Virus record (IMG/VR): IMGVR_UViG_3300027777_000022
Direction: 5' to 3' (one strand)
DNA from: a virus
Lineage: Duplodnaviria > Heunggongvirae > Uroviricota > Caudoviricetes
DNA length: 64,000 nt
Part shown: positions 1 through 8,366 of the stretch, piece by piece
Position numbering within the stretch: the first letter of the stretch is position 1
Layout: every line of letters starts with the position of its first letter
Translations under genes and position numbers: made by a program
Notes under the pieces: model-generated
What the model was told of the DNA's origin: nothing
Databases searched by the model: none
The model's input: the letters and a program-made list of their open reading frames with translations, nothing else

Positions 1-1541
1 ATGCGTTGTTCAATTTGATCACGTTCACTGTCGTTCAGTTGGTCAGGGTCATATAATCCTTTTTCAATTTGACTGATCAGATGATCTATATAAGCTATAT
101 CGTAAGTATAGTTATCTTGTTGAGTGTTGTCAATCCTAAGCCATTCCAATCCATTGTGTTTATACAGTCGATGTGGTATGCCAATAGTGGATATAAATGT
201 ATCGCCTTTGGAACCGTACTCGGGCAGCACAGGGCCAAATCCTGAGTGGGGCACTTTGTCTAGATATTGCATCCAGGGCAGTTGATCTATTACTCCTGCT
301 TCTAGCAAACGTCGATGGCGTTTTAGCGTATCACCCGGATTGTCAGCTTTCCATTGTTCTCTGGCTTCTTTGATTTCTGCACTGTCGTTTTCATTGTATT
401 CGTCGTCACCCGGCAGAGTAACTTTAATTTGCACAGGTTCCTGATCATCCAAGAATGGCCCATCGCTTACATCACAGGCTCGATTTGGACAAAATGGCCC
501 AATCCCTGGAGCGTTCATCAATGGCGTACCACATTTATAGCAAGGATCAAGTTCAGGATTGCTAGGTTGGTATACTTGTATTGGAACCGGTTCTACTCCT
601 GGTGGGGTACTGCTGCCCGGGGGAGTGAACAAGTACGGATGATCGTTGATGTTGAATTCTTTTTCTGTTACTGTTTCAACAGGCTCAACCTCGCCGGGCC
701 ATTCAACATATTCTTCCGCAGGGGCAGACTGCGGAGTCTTGTGCCCATCTTTGGATATTTCTTCTTTGATTTCCTTTACCAGTGGTTTACGAGCCCACTT
801 GAGACTTTCTGTAGCTGACAGCAACATCATTATGGCCAATGGATCAAACACACATACCAGCAATATGATTACCCAACGTACAGAGCGTTCCAACACATTT
901 GTATCTGGATTGTCTCCATAGATTAATGCTGCAATGTATTTGATAGGTCCTACTTCTGCTTCCACCTTGCGAACTTCAGCAGCAATCGGAGCACGTTGTT
1001 CATTGAGTGCTGAAATGCGTGTTTGACTTTCAGAAATTTCCGCAAGCAGGCGCTGACGCTCTTTTTGTTGGCCACGCCTAACAGCCACAGCTTTGTCTGC
1101 ACCTTTTTCGTCTGAGCTACGACCCATAACCTGGTCCACGGCTTCATCCATTTGTTTAAGGGATTTACGACTAACATCTATGTTTTCCTTTTCAGTCTTG
1201 ATTTTTTCATCATACACAGCAATCTTTGCTATCACGTCGCCGCTTACTAGACTTTGGTCACTGTGTGCTTTTGACAAAAACCCAAAGATGCCCATGCTGG
1301 TGATCAGCATCAACAGACACACAGCTGGTACTAGATACAATTTCATCAACCAACGGCAGCGTGACCAGTATTCGTGCAGCCACAAGGTGACCACAACTTT
1401 GGCCAGTTCCAATACAGAACCCATGATCATAATGGGTACCACAGCCGCAGCAAATATGGCAGCAAGGCCTGCAATACTATAATATGCAGCAATGGCACTA
1501 AGGCTCAAGGCCACTGCTAAAGTAATAAGACTAAGAAACAT
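1..1541 (-). CDS. Conserved phage membrane/coiled-coil protein; runs off the left edge of the window
   Basis: Not in the ORF track because there is no stop in the window. Translated by hand from ATG 1541: MFLSLITLAVALSLSAIAAYYSIAGLAAIF...LELAKVV...SMGIFGFLSKAH...coiled coil...EVGPIKYIA...VFDPLAIMMLL...YDPDQLNDSERDQIEQR. Three N-terminal TM segments; TAAATA lies 5 nt upstream. Confidence 0.85.
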   Translation of the reverse strand, partial: MFLSLITLAVALSLSAIAAYYSIAGLAAIFAAAVVPIMIMGSVLELAKVVVTLWLHEYWSRCRWLMKLYLVPAVCLLMLITSMGIFGFLSKAHSDQSLVSGDVIAKIAVYDEKIKTEKENIDVSRKSLKQMDEAVDQVMGRSSDEKGADKAVAVRRGQQKERQRLLAEISESQTRISALNEQRAPIAAEVRKVEAEVGPIKYIAALIYGDNPDTNVLERSVRWVIILLVCVFDPLAIMMLLSATESLKWARKPLVKEIKEEISKDGHKTPQSAPAEEYVEWPGEVEPVETVTEKEFNINDHPYLFTPPGSSTPPGVEPVPIQVYQPSNPELDPCYKCGTPLMNAPGIGPFCPNRACDVSDGPFLDDQEPVQIKVTLPGDDEYNENDSAEIKEAREQWKADNPGDTLKRHRRLLEAGVIDQLPWMQYLDKVPHSGFGPVLPEYGSKGDTFISTIGIPHRLYKHNGLEWLRIDNTQQDNYTYDIAYIDHLISQIEKGLYDPDQLNDSERDQIEQR

Positions 1542-1545
1542 AAGA

Positions 1546-1875
1546 TTATTTACCAGGTGTTGCAAGCACAGTTACCGCATACTTTATAGCTATCCAAGTT
1601 GCAAACTTTTCGTCGGGCACATCAAACCACACACGTTCGGTAGTCTTAGCAGATACTGGCCACATGCGATTGTTTCGATCCAACCGACGTTTAGCACCTG
1701 ATTGTCCCTTCCATCCGCGAATACCAAATTCGCGATTGGCTTCGGCAATGATCTTGTACCAGACTTCAGTGCTGTCAATTTCTACCCAAATACGGTGCAT
1801 GGACAAGGACGTTACTTCAAGCGAATTGAGTGACTCGGACATGCTCAACGCAGAGATCCCAATTTCAACAGACAT
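1546..1875 (-). CDS. Hypothetical protein downstream of the structured RNA
   Basis: 109-aa ORF with an AAAGGA RBS, co-oriented with neighbours. Confidence 0.75.
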   Translation of the reverse strand: MSVEIGISALSMSESLNSLEVTSLSMHRIWVEIDSTEVWYKIIAEANREFGIRGWKGQSGAKRRLDRNNRMWPVSAKTTERVWFDVPDEKFATWIAIKYAVTVLATPGK

Positions 1876-1901
1876 TTACATATCCTTTCCAGATTATTCC
1901 T

Positions 1902-2064
1902 CTTGGCATACTCCCAGGGTACCAGCCTGGTTTTGATCTTTCGATCGAGGTCTTAGTCGCAACCTATAAGATTTATGCTCACTTGCCACGGCACCTGCAG
2001 GCCCGGGTTATCGATTCACCCTACAGACACCATTGAACAACTCCATCTCCTTGCCCATGCCAAG
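1902..2064 (-). ncRNA. Candidate structured non-coding RNA or leader (multi-helix junction)
   Basis: Intergenic. Closing stem CTTGGCATG/TATGCCAAG, a 14-bp GU-rich helix, a GAAA-tetraloop hairpin and two further hairpins; extended -10 TGtTATAAT directly upstream. Confidence 0.6.
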
Positions 2065-2078
2065 TAATTATAACAATT

Positions 2079-2276
2079 TTATTCCTTGTTTAATTCTTTG
2101 CCGGTGCAACTGCCATCTTCAAACCACTGAGCCATAGCTCGACGTCGATATGCATCTAAATCTATTTGCCTACGACGTTCAAGCATCAGGGCCCACTGCT
2201 CTTCTGTGAGTGCGTGGCTGGCATCACACCGGCCTTCGGGATTCAATGTCCTGCCGCAGTTACACATCACTTGCAT
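2079..2276 (-). CDS. CDGSH-type iron-sulfur (2Fe-2S) domain protein
   Basis: Motif CNCGRTLNPEGRCDASH fits C-x-C-x2-(S/T)...C-D-(G/A)-S-H. Start reassigned to ATG 2276, which gives a TAATG overlap with the upstream stop. Confidence 0.7.
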   Translation of the reverse strand: MQVMCNCGRTLNPEGRCDASHALTEEQWALMLERRRQIDLDAYRRRAMAQWFEDGSCTGKELNKE

Positions 2277-2488
2277 TAGGTATCTCGTTCCATAACACAG
2301 GCTTCTGCTACCAGTGCCTGTACTTCTTCTAGTGTGCTGCACAAGATCCTAGCACTAACATAATCGCTTTTTTTGTTACGTCCGCCAACTTCTACCATGA
2401 AGCCATTGTCATACATGTGTACTGAGAAGTTGTCATTTACTTTGACCAGCTTGTCGCTGAGTTTAGTTACTGTTTTTGCTGTTGCCAC
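2276..2488 (-). CDS. Hypothetical protein
   Basis: 70-aa ORF with an AAAGGAG RBS and GTG start. Confidence 0.8.
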   Translation of the reverse strand: MATAKTVTKLSDKLVKVNDNFSVHMYDNGFMVEVGGRNKKSDYVSARILCSTLEEVQALVAEACVMERDT

Positions 2489-2693
2489 GATTTTCTCCTT
2501 TTAAAATCTGTATCATTCTATACTGTTCAAACAATTTTGTCAAGTCTACCCACTCGCCCGCACCGTTGGGCACTTCAAATGTTTCACCACTACACCAGGC
2601 TGCGGCGGCACGGTGATATAGAAGTTCTGCTGCATTTTCGTTGATCACTGGTGACAGATCCTGCACCATTTCTGTCCATAGATTTTGACTCAC
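2463..2693 (-). CDS. Hypothetical protein
   Basis: 76-aa ORF in a tightly packed minus-strand run. Confidence 0.6.
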   Translation of the reverse strand: MSQNLWTEMVQDLSPVINENAAELLYHRAAAAWCSGETFEVPNGAGEWVDLTKLFEQYRMIQILKGENRGNSKNSN

Positions 2694-2717
2694 TATAAAG
2701 TTCTTTCCAGGGGTTGC

Positions 2718-3062
2718 TTATCTTTGGTCGACACTGGTAAGACCATCGCTCACTGAGGTCACTAGTTTTCTACCTATTCCGTGTCTACGGATTCTCCAGT
2801 CAACCACAAATGCACCCAGTATACATGCTACGATTGTGTGTGTGCCGCTTACGTCAAATTTATCACATGCACCTGCCATCACAAATGCTGCAATAAATGC
2901 ACTGATCAGCCCAATGATGGTGGCCTTTATAGAGCCAGGCACAATGATGTATTCAGCCACTGTGTCGATTGTGGTTGTACAGTGTGGGCAGCGTCGTGAC
3001 ATTACATTTATGTTTTTAGCACAAGCTGGACACACAATCCTGTCATCAATGTTATTGATCAT
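2718..3062 (-). CDS. Zinc-ribbon membrane protein
   Basis: CPAC...CPHC followed by two hydrophobic segments. Confidence 0.65.
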   Translation of the reverse strand: MINNIDDRIVCPACAKNINVMSRRCPHCTTTIDTVAEYIIVPGSIKATIIGLISAFIAAFVMAGACDKFDVSGTHTIVACILGAFVVDWRIRRHGIGRKLVTSVSDGLTSVDQR

Positions 3063-3334
3063 TGAACTTTACCCCAACTGTTTCTATCATAATCCCAATG
3101 CCGCATATCGTAAAAATGCAGTTCCGCACCATATCCCAGCAACACCAACATCACTCTAGCACCTGCATGATCACCTTTGACTCTCAAATCAAACTCTACA
3201 TCAATAATATGACTAGTACGGTATCCATTGAACTCCACGGCTTTGTGCTTGGCAATTGACCTGCTGATGTTCCAAAGGATATCCCAAAGATCTCGACGCC
3301 ATGGATTGGCAATGCTGAAATTTAGATTAATCAC
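3059..3334 (-). CDS. Hypothetical protein
   Basis: 91-aa ORF with 4-bp overlaps at both ends. Confidence 0.7.
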   Translation of the reverse strand: MINLNFSIANPWRRDLWDILWNISRSIAKHKAVEFNGYRTSHIIDVEFDLRVKGDHAGARVMLVLLGYGAELHFYDMRHWDYDRNSWGKVQ

Positions 3335-3564
3335 AACACATGCCCGAGCACTTGATAGATCAACTGGTCTAGCTCTGTTTGATAATCGTGATTGCCCAGC
3401 CGACGCTTCATCCAGATTTTTTCTACCAATTCTTTGGAATCAAATGATCCTTCAACTGGCAAACTGCCACGTGCTTCTAGTTCGTCCAGCAAGTCCTCGG
3501 TCTCAAACTCGCTGATGTCCACATCGACTTCAACTTCTGTGTATACTGTTTTGTATTTGCTCAT
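3331..3564 (-). CDS. Hypothetical acidic protein
   Basis: 77-aa ORF with a GGAG RBS; ATGA overlap with the ligase stop. Confidence 0.75.
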   Translation of the reverse strand: MSKYKTVYTEVEVDVDISEFETEDLLDELEARGSLPVEGSFDSKELVEKIWMKRRLGNHDYQTELDQLIYQVLGHVL

Positions 3565-4937
3565 AGTTTATCTCCAGGTTCAAATCCGCGGAATCTCATG
3601 AATCTTGGGAATCGTAGGCTGTATGTCCCGTCTTGGTTTTGGGTGACTGCGTCCGCTTCGACTTCAACCACGTGACCAAGTAACTGATCCCGGGAAGTCC
3701 AATACTCATCACGATCGCTGTCAGACAAACCGCTACCAACATTAACTCTGATGTTTCTGTCATTATCAACTCCTTCACACACTATAGCACCCAACCGGCC
3801 AGCATTGCGACCAGTTCCTTCTTCAAATCCCACAATATTGAGATCCACGGTGATGGTGGGTTTCCATTTCATCCAGAAGTCAGACCGTTTGCACTCGTAG
3901 GGTGCATCCAGATTCTTGATCATGATGCCTTCAAAACCATCCTTTACTGCATCCTGTGCGTAGCGATTCATAATGTCGTGGCCTTCGGCTGTGTCCAGAT
4001 CCACTTCGATACCACTCATCAAACGCAAACATGTGGTTTGATCGAATCGACGGCACAATTGTTTTAGGGTTTCCAGACGTTTGTATTGACGGATATTGCA
4101 ATGTCCTTCCATGAATTCATGAAAACTCATCATGTCAAACACATGATACACCATGCCCAAAGTTTCAGCATCATTTTTACGATGTGCTTGACGCATGAGT
4201 TTCTGGAAACTCTCTCCCACAATTTCACCATCCAACACTAATCCGCCAGTTGGGCTGTGATCAAGGTCGAGATCAAGTGCTGCTATAGCATCTGCAATCT
4301 GCGGAAAGTTCACAAACTCTTTGCCGTTGCGGCTGAATAGTGTGACACCACTTTTTTTGACCACTGCCAACACACGCACACCATCCAGTTTAACTTCCAG
4401 GCGTTTGATGCCTTTCATTTTGGCTGGTCGATCTGTGGAGTCTTGAGCCAACTGGCATGAGAATACAGGAATACGATACTGTGTTTTGCCCACAACCTTG
4501 TTCAATGTTTTCTCACTGATACCACAGCGCAGGTCTTTGCGGATCACCGGCGCACATACCAAGTTCCACTCATCGCTATCAAACTCTTCGCTGATACTTT
4601 TTATCATGTCTCTAGCTGCATGGCCTGAGGTACCGCGTGTGCGTAGTGATTCCAACAAGCCCCAGAACCGTGGCCACGGATTGGCACGACCTGTGAGCCC
4701 TGAAGTCTCGGGCAGTTGTTTCACATGGAAAGTATAGAAAGGATTGTAGGCTTGATAGCAATTGAACAAAAAAGCCTGTGCATCGGCACTGCCCAGTTTT
4801 GCAGCCATCAAGGCTTTTTCAATTACCTTTTCTTTGTGGAGGCGGCTGTCGGATTCAGCCAGTTCCGTTATCCAGCCTGACGACATAGTGCCCTCGTAGC
4901 GTGGATCATCAATGTCGTATGTGAATTCATTTGTCAT
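3561..4937 (-). CDS. lig: ATP-dependent DNA ligase (T4 gp30-like)
   Basis: Motifs EVKLDGVR (KxDG), SRNGK, LDGEI, EGIMIK, KRS..WMKWK, VGSG and SLRFPRF. Confidence 0.95.
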   Translation of the reverse strand: MTNEFTYDIDDPRYEGTMSSGWITELAESDSRLHKEKVIEKALMAAKLGSADAQAFLFNCYQAYNPFYTFHVKQLPETSGLTGRANPWPRFWGLLESLRTRGTSGHAARDMIKSISEEFDSDEWNLVCAPVIRKDLRCGISEKTLNKVVGKTQYRIPVFSCQLAQDSTDRPAKMKGIKRLEVKLDGVRVLAVVKKSGVTLFSRNGKEFVNFPQIADAIAALDLDLDHSPTGGLVLDGEIVGESFQKLMRQAHRKNDAETLGMVYHVFDMMSFHEFMEGHCNIRQYKRLETLKQLCRRFDQTTCLRLMSGIEVDLDTAEGHDIMNRYAQDAVKDGFEGIMIKNLDAPYECKRSDFWMKWKPTITVDLNIVGFEEGTGRNAGRLGAIVCEGVDNDRNIRVNVGSGLSDSDRDEYWTSRDQLLGHVVEVEADAVTQNQDGTYSLRFPRFMRFRGFEPGDKL

Positions 4938-4940
4938 TAT

Positions 4941-5402
4941 TTACTTCTCTTGTTGTTTGGCCAATGCACATACAAATAGAAACTGTTCGTAGGCATCACG
5001 TACTGTTGGATTAGAGTATAACACATCTGCTTCAGAAAGTAAAGCATTGATTCCTGCCTGTGCAATATCGTGAGCACTGGCACCTTGCAATGTGCAAAGT
5101 TCATCACCAAATTCTTTGGCCAGTTTTTTCCAAGCTCGTTGTTGAGCAAGCGTGATAGGAGTTTGTCGTGGTTTCAATTCACTGGTCACACGCATGGCCG
5201 TGGTCATGGCATCTTCGGCAACCCGACTAGCAGCAATCAATCCAGCATGGTTGGGATCGATATTGTAACGGGTGCTGCGCCCACCTGGATATGTTATCAC
5301 AAGATGAGCGCCTTCGGGAAAGGATTCTATGAGCAAGCTATCGTACTCACGCACAGGCGTATACTTACGCCCTACCTTTTCATAAAATACTGTTTTTACC
5401 AT
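4941..5402 (-). CDS. Hypothetical protein
   Basis: 153-aa ORF in the operon. Confidence 0.8.
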   Translation of the reverse strand: MVKTVFYEKVGRKYTPVREYDSLLIESFPEGAHLVITYPGGRSTRYNIDPNHAGLIAASRVAEDAMTTAMRVTSELKPRQTPITLAQQRAWKKLAKEFGDELCTLQGASAHDIAQAGINALLSEADVLYSNPTVRDAYEQFLFVCALAKQQEK

Positions 5403-5773
5403 GAGCTGTTGTAGAATACTTTTAGGCCAATGAATATCTCAGCCTTGGCATTGCGAACAAATGCAAGATCATGTTCTCGATAATAGTCGTCGGCGTTATT
5501 GCCAAAGAAGAATCCAGTGGTACCGGGCAACTGTTTGTTTGTGACTGCACGTTCCAATTCTTCAAGGTCTTCCCACGTGAGTTCTAGTTCAGTACCATTG
5601 AACTGATCTTCAGGATGGCCGTTTGGACAGCCTTTGTGTTCCCACAGTCGATGCATCCATCCGTGCAGGTTAGGATGCTTGCGCCAGTATGCAATTTCAC
5701 GCTGTACCAATTTGCCTTGCTTGGCACTGTCGTTGGCCTGGGTGGCTGCATACGCATACATATCTAGTCCCAT
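5396..5773 (-). CDS. Conserved phage protein (MGLDMY...YWRKH...YNSSW family)
   Basis: Recognisable motif pattern; AAGGAG RBS. Confidence 0.85.
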   Translation of the reverse strand: MGLDMYAYAATQANDSAKQGKLVQREIAYWRKHPNLHGWMHRLWEHKGCPNGHPEDQFNGTELELTWEDLEELERAVTNKQLPGTTGFFFGNNADDYYREHDLAFVRNAKAEIFIGLKVFYNSSW

Positions 5774-5783
5774 GTGTTTCTCC

Positions 5784-6137
5784 TTATGTCTTCACTAGAG
5801 TGGGCATTACACCATCTTTGAGTGTGCGCAACAGAATACGATTGCGTTCATCTTGTTCTTTGCGTTCACGCTTGGTATCCATATCCTTAGCAATCACCAT
5901 GCGATCATAATCGCGGGCCCATTCAACACCCTGCATCCAGTTTTCGGCACCTTCCAATGTGCCCGAAAAAAATTGTGCATCACGGGTATAGATAGGCAAA
6001 GCATTATCATCCTTGGGGATCAATGCTACATTGGCACCAAACTCGTTATCATACTTGTATGCAGCAAACTTCATTCCAAGTTTATCTGCTTGTTGTTCTA
6101 GTCTGCGAATCTGACGAATTGTATTCCATCCTGTCAT
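5784..6137 (-). CDS. Hypothetical protein
   Basis: 117-aa ORF with an AGGA RBS. Confidence 0.8.
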   Translation of the reverse strand: MTGWNTIRQIRRLEQQADKLGMKFAAYKYDNEFGANVALIPKDDNALPIYTRDAQFFSGTLEGAENWMQGVEWARDYDRMVIAKDMDTKRERKEQDERNRILLRTLKDGVMPTLVKT

Positions 6138-6145
6138 GATGATTC

Positions 6146-6289
6146 CTACGTTAGCAAATTGTTAATGATGTCCAGTGCAAGTTGCACCATTTCTGTACTG
6201 ATATTGAGTTTAGCAGCCATATCTGACACTGTGAAATGTCTGTCCATCATCTCGCGTACTGCTAGAATGACGTCACGTTTGATAAACAT
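6146..6289 (-). CDS. Small helix-turn-helix-like protein (47 aa)
   Basis: Translated by hand: MFIKRDVILAVREMMDRHFTVSDMAAKLNISTEMVQLALDIINNLLT. Shows an HTH pattern (TVSDMAAKLNISTEMV) and fills the gap exactly. Confidence 0.65.
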   Translation of the reverse strand: MFIKRDVILAVREMMDRHFTVSDMAAKLNISTEMVQLALDIINNLLT

Positions 6290-6292
6290 ATT

Positions 6293-6319
6293 AAAAGCGG
6301 GCAGGCGTTGCACCTGCCC
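6293..6319 (-). terminator. Intrinsic terminator after the 6332-6751 gene
   Basis: GGGCAGG/CCTGCCC stem followed by a T-run on the minus strand. Confidence 0.7.
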
Positions 6320-6331
6320 TGTGGACGTTGA

Positions 6332-6751
6332 TTATTTGGTACCAAACACAGCCATCATCAGGCTGTCAACTTCAGCTTCGGTCACTGTGACTTCGGCTGC
6401 TGCGGCACGAGCCTTGGCTGCTTTGGCACGGATGGAATCCATGGTAGGACGAGCCTTGACTGTGACAGTCTTGGAAACTTTCTGCTTCACAGTCTTTGCA
6501 GCCTTGACAGGGCGAGTCTTCACAGCCACTTCTGCTTGCAGTGCTTCACGCACAGCATCAGTGTCGGCAAATCCTTCCAGGCCCAACAGATACGCCACAG
6601 CACCTGCCTTGTCCATTGCAGACGGCAGCGGCACAATATTCACATCAGTATCACCCAGCTTGGCCAGCTGTTTGGCACGAGCCTCAGAGTTGGCAAAACG
6701 AACTTTGAGAACACCTTTGAGAACGGAAGTACCAGCGAAAGTGTAAGACAT
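6332..6751 (-). CDS. Early protein with a Lys/Ala-rich C-terminal half (possibly DNA-binding)
   Basis: 139 aa, with its own sigma70 promoter, AGGAG RBS and terminator. Confidence 0.8.
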   Translation of the reverse strand: MSYTFAGTSVLKGVLKVRFANSEARAKQLAKLGDTDVNIVPLPSAMDKAGAVAYLLGLEGFADTDAVREALQAEVAVKTRPVKAAKTVKQKVSKTVTVKARPTMDSIRAKAAKARAAAAEVTVTEAEVDSLMMAVFGTK

Positions 6752-6779
6752 AAAAACTCCTAAGTTAAATTAAAAATGT

Positions 6780-6808
6780 ATTATAACCAAAAACCCAATA
6801 TCAGTCAA
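6780..6808 (-). promoter_or_regulatory. Sigma70-type early promoter
   Basis: TTGACT-17-TATAAT. Confidence 0.85.
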
Positions 6809-7446
6809 CCCCAGGCGAGCCCAAAGTTGCGGGCGCATACTGGACCATACCCAACTTGCACAGAACGGTCATCTTTCAACCCGTGATTGCAAAAACTACA
6901 ACCACCAGTGAGACGTCCATAACGTCCTGCTGTCGCAGATGGATCATCTGCAAACTCTTTTACTAGATCACACACTTCTTGCGTGGCACTGCGAGTAGCA
7001 AAAAACTCACCAGTAACATCCACACGGCCAAAGAACTTGTTGTTGCCAAACGGTCCGCCGTCAGTGATCAGGATCTGACCCACATACTTGCTGTTGGCAC
7101 CTGCACGGGCAAACGCCACTGGCTGTCCTTGTGCAGTTTGCAATTTAACTTTGACACGGCGCAGTTTCTTAGCAGCCAGATCAAACAGATCTTGGATCTT
7201 TTGAAAGTTAACTTGAATCTGTGCAACAGGTGCAGCAACAGGTTGAGTAGCACGTTGATGCAAAGTATCAACCCAGGTCAGCTGTTTGGGGGACAAGCTA
7301 CCATAACGATAGAAGTTCAGAATCAGGCTTGATGCAAAGTTGCCGTCGCTGTTGCTCAGCTTACCAAGCACAGAACTCAGTGTCTCTACCTGAGTTTGTT
7401 GTACTGAATTCAGTTGCACAGCTTTACGAGTTTGGGTTGCGGTCAT
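6805..7446 (-). CDS. Early protein with a C-terminal Zn-finger (DUF6011-like)
   Basis: CSFC..L.DDRS...GYGPVC motif. Start reassigned to ATG 7446, which follows AAGGAG. Confidence 0.75.
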   Translation of the reverse strand: MTATQTRKAVQLNSVQQTQVETLSSVLGKLSNSDGNFASSLILNFYRYGSLSPKQLTWVDTLHQRATQPVAAPVAQIQVNFQKIQDLFDLAAKKLRRVKVKLQTAQGQPVAFARAGANSKYVGQILITDGGPFGNNKFFGRVDVTGEFFATRSATQEVCDLVKEFADDPSATAGRYGRLTGGCSFCNHGLKDDRSVQVGYGPVCARNFGLAWG

Positions 7447-7471
7447 AAGCACTCCTTGTTGCGATGTATGT

Positions 7472-7500
7472 ATTATAACCGGAAATGCAATACCGGTCAA
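7472..7500 (-). promoter_or_regulatory. Sigma70-type early promoter
   Basis: TTGACC-17-TATAAT. Confidence 0.85.
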
Positions 7501-7520
7501 CCAAATCCTTCAGGATAAAC

Positions 7521-7538
7521 TGTGGGTTTTATGCCACA
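7521..7538. promoter_or_regulatory. Palindromic operator-like site TGTGG-N8-CCACA
   Basis: TGTGGGTTTTATGCCACA, 20 bp upstream of the -35 box; related copies at 8278, 8323, 38859 and 38970. Confidence 0.55.
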
Positions 7539-7927
7539 GCCACTCCCTCTACAAACAGGTCCACAGACTCGCTGTAGTAGCCGTTTGACTCGCCCAACCA
7601 ACGAACATCCACATAGCCCTTACGGGTAGCAAACTTGTAGAAGGTATAGGTGTAAGACTCGTAGTGCTCTTCGTCTGGCTCAGTCACACCCGAAACTTCC
7701 TCTGCGATCAACAAAGGCTCGCCCACCAGGTCCTGCAGGTCACCAACAATGTCGTTGATGTCCACGCTCTCACAGCAGTCCTGATAGTGGCTAAACAAGA
7801 ACTGCTCGCCCTCTGCGGTCACGAACAGCATCTCGCCTGAGCCAACTGACCCAGTCACCTGGACAAAGGTCTTGCCCTTCATCAACTCTAGTCCTTTTGC
7901 GGTATCCATCATGTTGCGGTAGTCCAT
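7529..7927 (-). CDS. Conserved phage protein (HYQDCCESV...YTFY...WLGESNGYYSE family)
   Basis: Recognisable motif pattern; start at ATG 7927 after AAGGAG. Confidence 0.8.
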   Translation of the reverse strand: MDYRNMMDTAKGLELMKGKTFVQVTGSVGSGEMLFVTAEGEQFLFSHYQDCCESVDINDIVGDLQDLVGEPLLIAEEVSGVTEPDEEHYESYTYTFYKFATRKGYVDVRWLGESNGYYSESVDLFVEGVAVA

Positions 7928-7957
7928 CTGGTGCTCCTTGTTGCTGTCTATGTGTGT

Positions 7958-7986
7958 ATTATACCTGATCTGCCGATTCTGGTCAA
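7958..7986 (-). promoter_or_regulatory. Sigma70-type early promoter
   Basis: TTGACC-17-TATAAT; near-copy of the promoter at 8240-8268. Confidence 0.85.
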
Positions 7987-7991
7987 CCGTT

Positions 7992-8210
7992 TTAACGGAT
8001 CTCAAACAAAGGATTGATGCGATCACTGTTGGCCACACGGATTTTTTTGCCAGCGACTACAATGTAGCCATAGTGTTCATAGAGGCCGTGCGGGCAAGGT
8101 TCAATAGTTACCTTACGCACAATCTCACAAAAACCCCAACGCTTGGTAGGCAACTTACCTTGAAACAATCGCATGTTTTCCATGGAAGTAATCAGGATTT
8201 TTGCTTTCAA
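7992..8210 (-). CDS. Hypothetical early protein
   Basis: 72 aa, TTG start after GAGG, located between two promoters. Confidence 0.65.
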   Translation of the reverse strand: MKAKILITSMENMRLFQGKLPTKRWGFCEIVRKVTIEPCPHGLYEHYGYIVVAGKKIRVANSDRINPLFEIR

Positions 8211-8239
8211 TTTGAACCTCGTTTGCTGTTTATGTATGT

Positions 8240-8268
8240 ATTATACCCGATCTGCCAATTTCGGTCAA
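8240..8268 (-). promoter_or_regulatory. Sigma70-type early promoter
   Basis: TTGACC-17-TATAAT. Confidence 0.85.
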
Positions 8269-8296
8269 CCGCGATATTGTGGGTTTTTTGCAACAA

Positions 8297-8323
8297 AAAA
8301 ACCCTGCACAGGGCAGGGTTTTT
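8297..8323. terminator. Bidirectional intrinsic terminator downstream of the porin gene
   Basis: AAAAACCCTGC...GCAGGGTTTTT inverted repeat. Confidence 0.8.
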
Positions 8324-8366
8324 GTGGTTATTTTGCGACATTTTGTCGCAAACTACAGTTGGCAAT

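Noticed and set aside
2007-2046. 12-codon ORF (MELFNGVCRVNR) inside the structured RNA
   Set aside because: The AAGGAG abuts the ATG with no spacer and the codons are buried in a long helix. It is not supportable as a CDS, though a leader peptide cannot be fully excluded.
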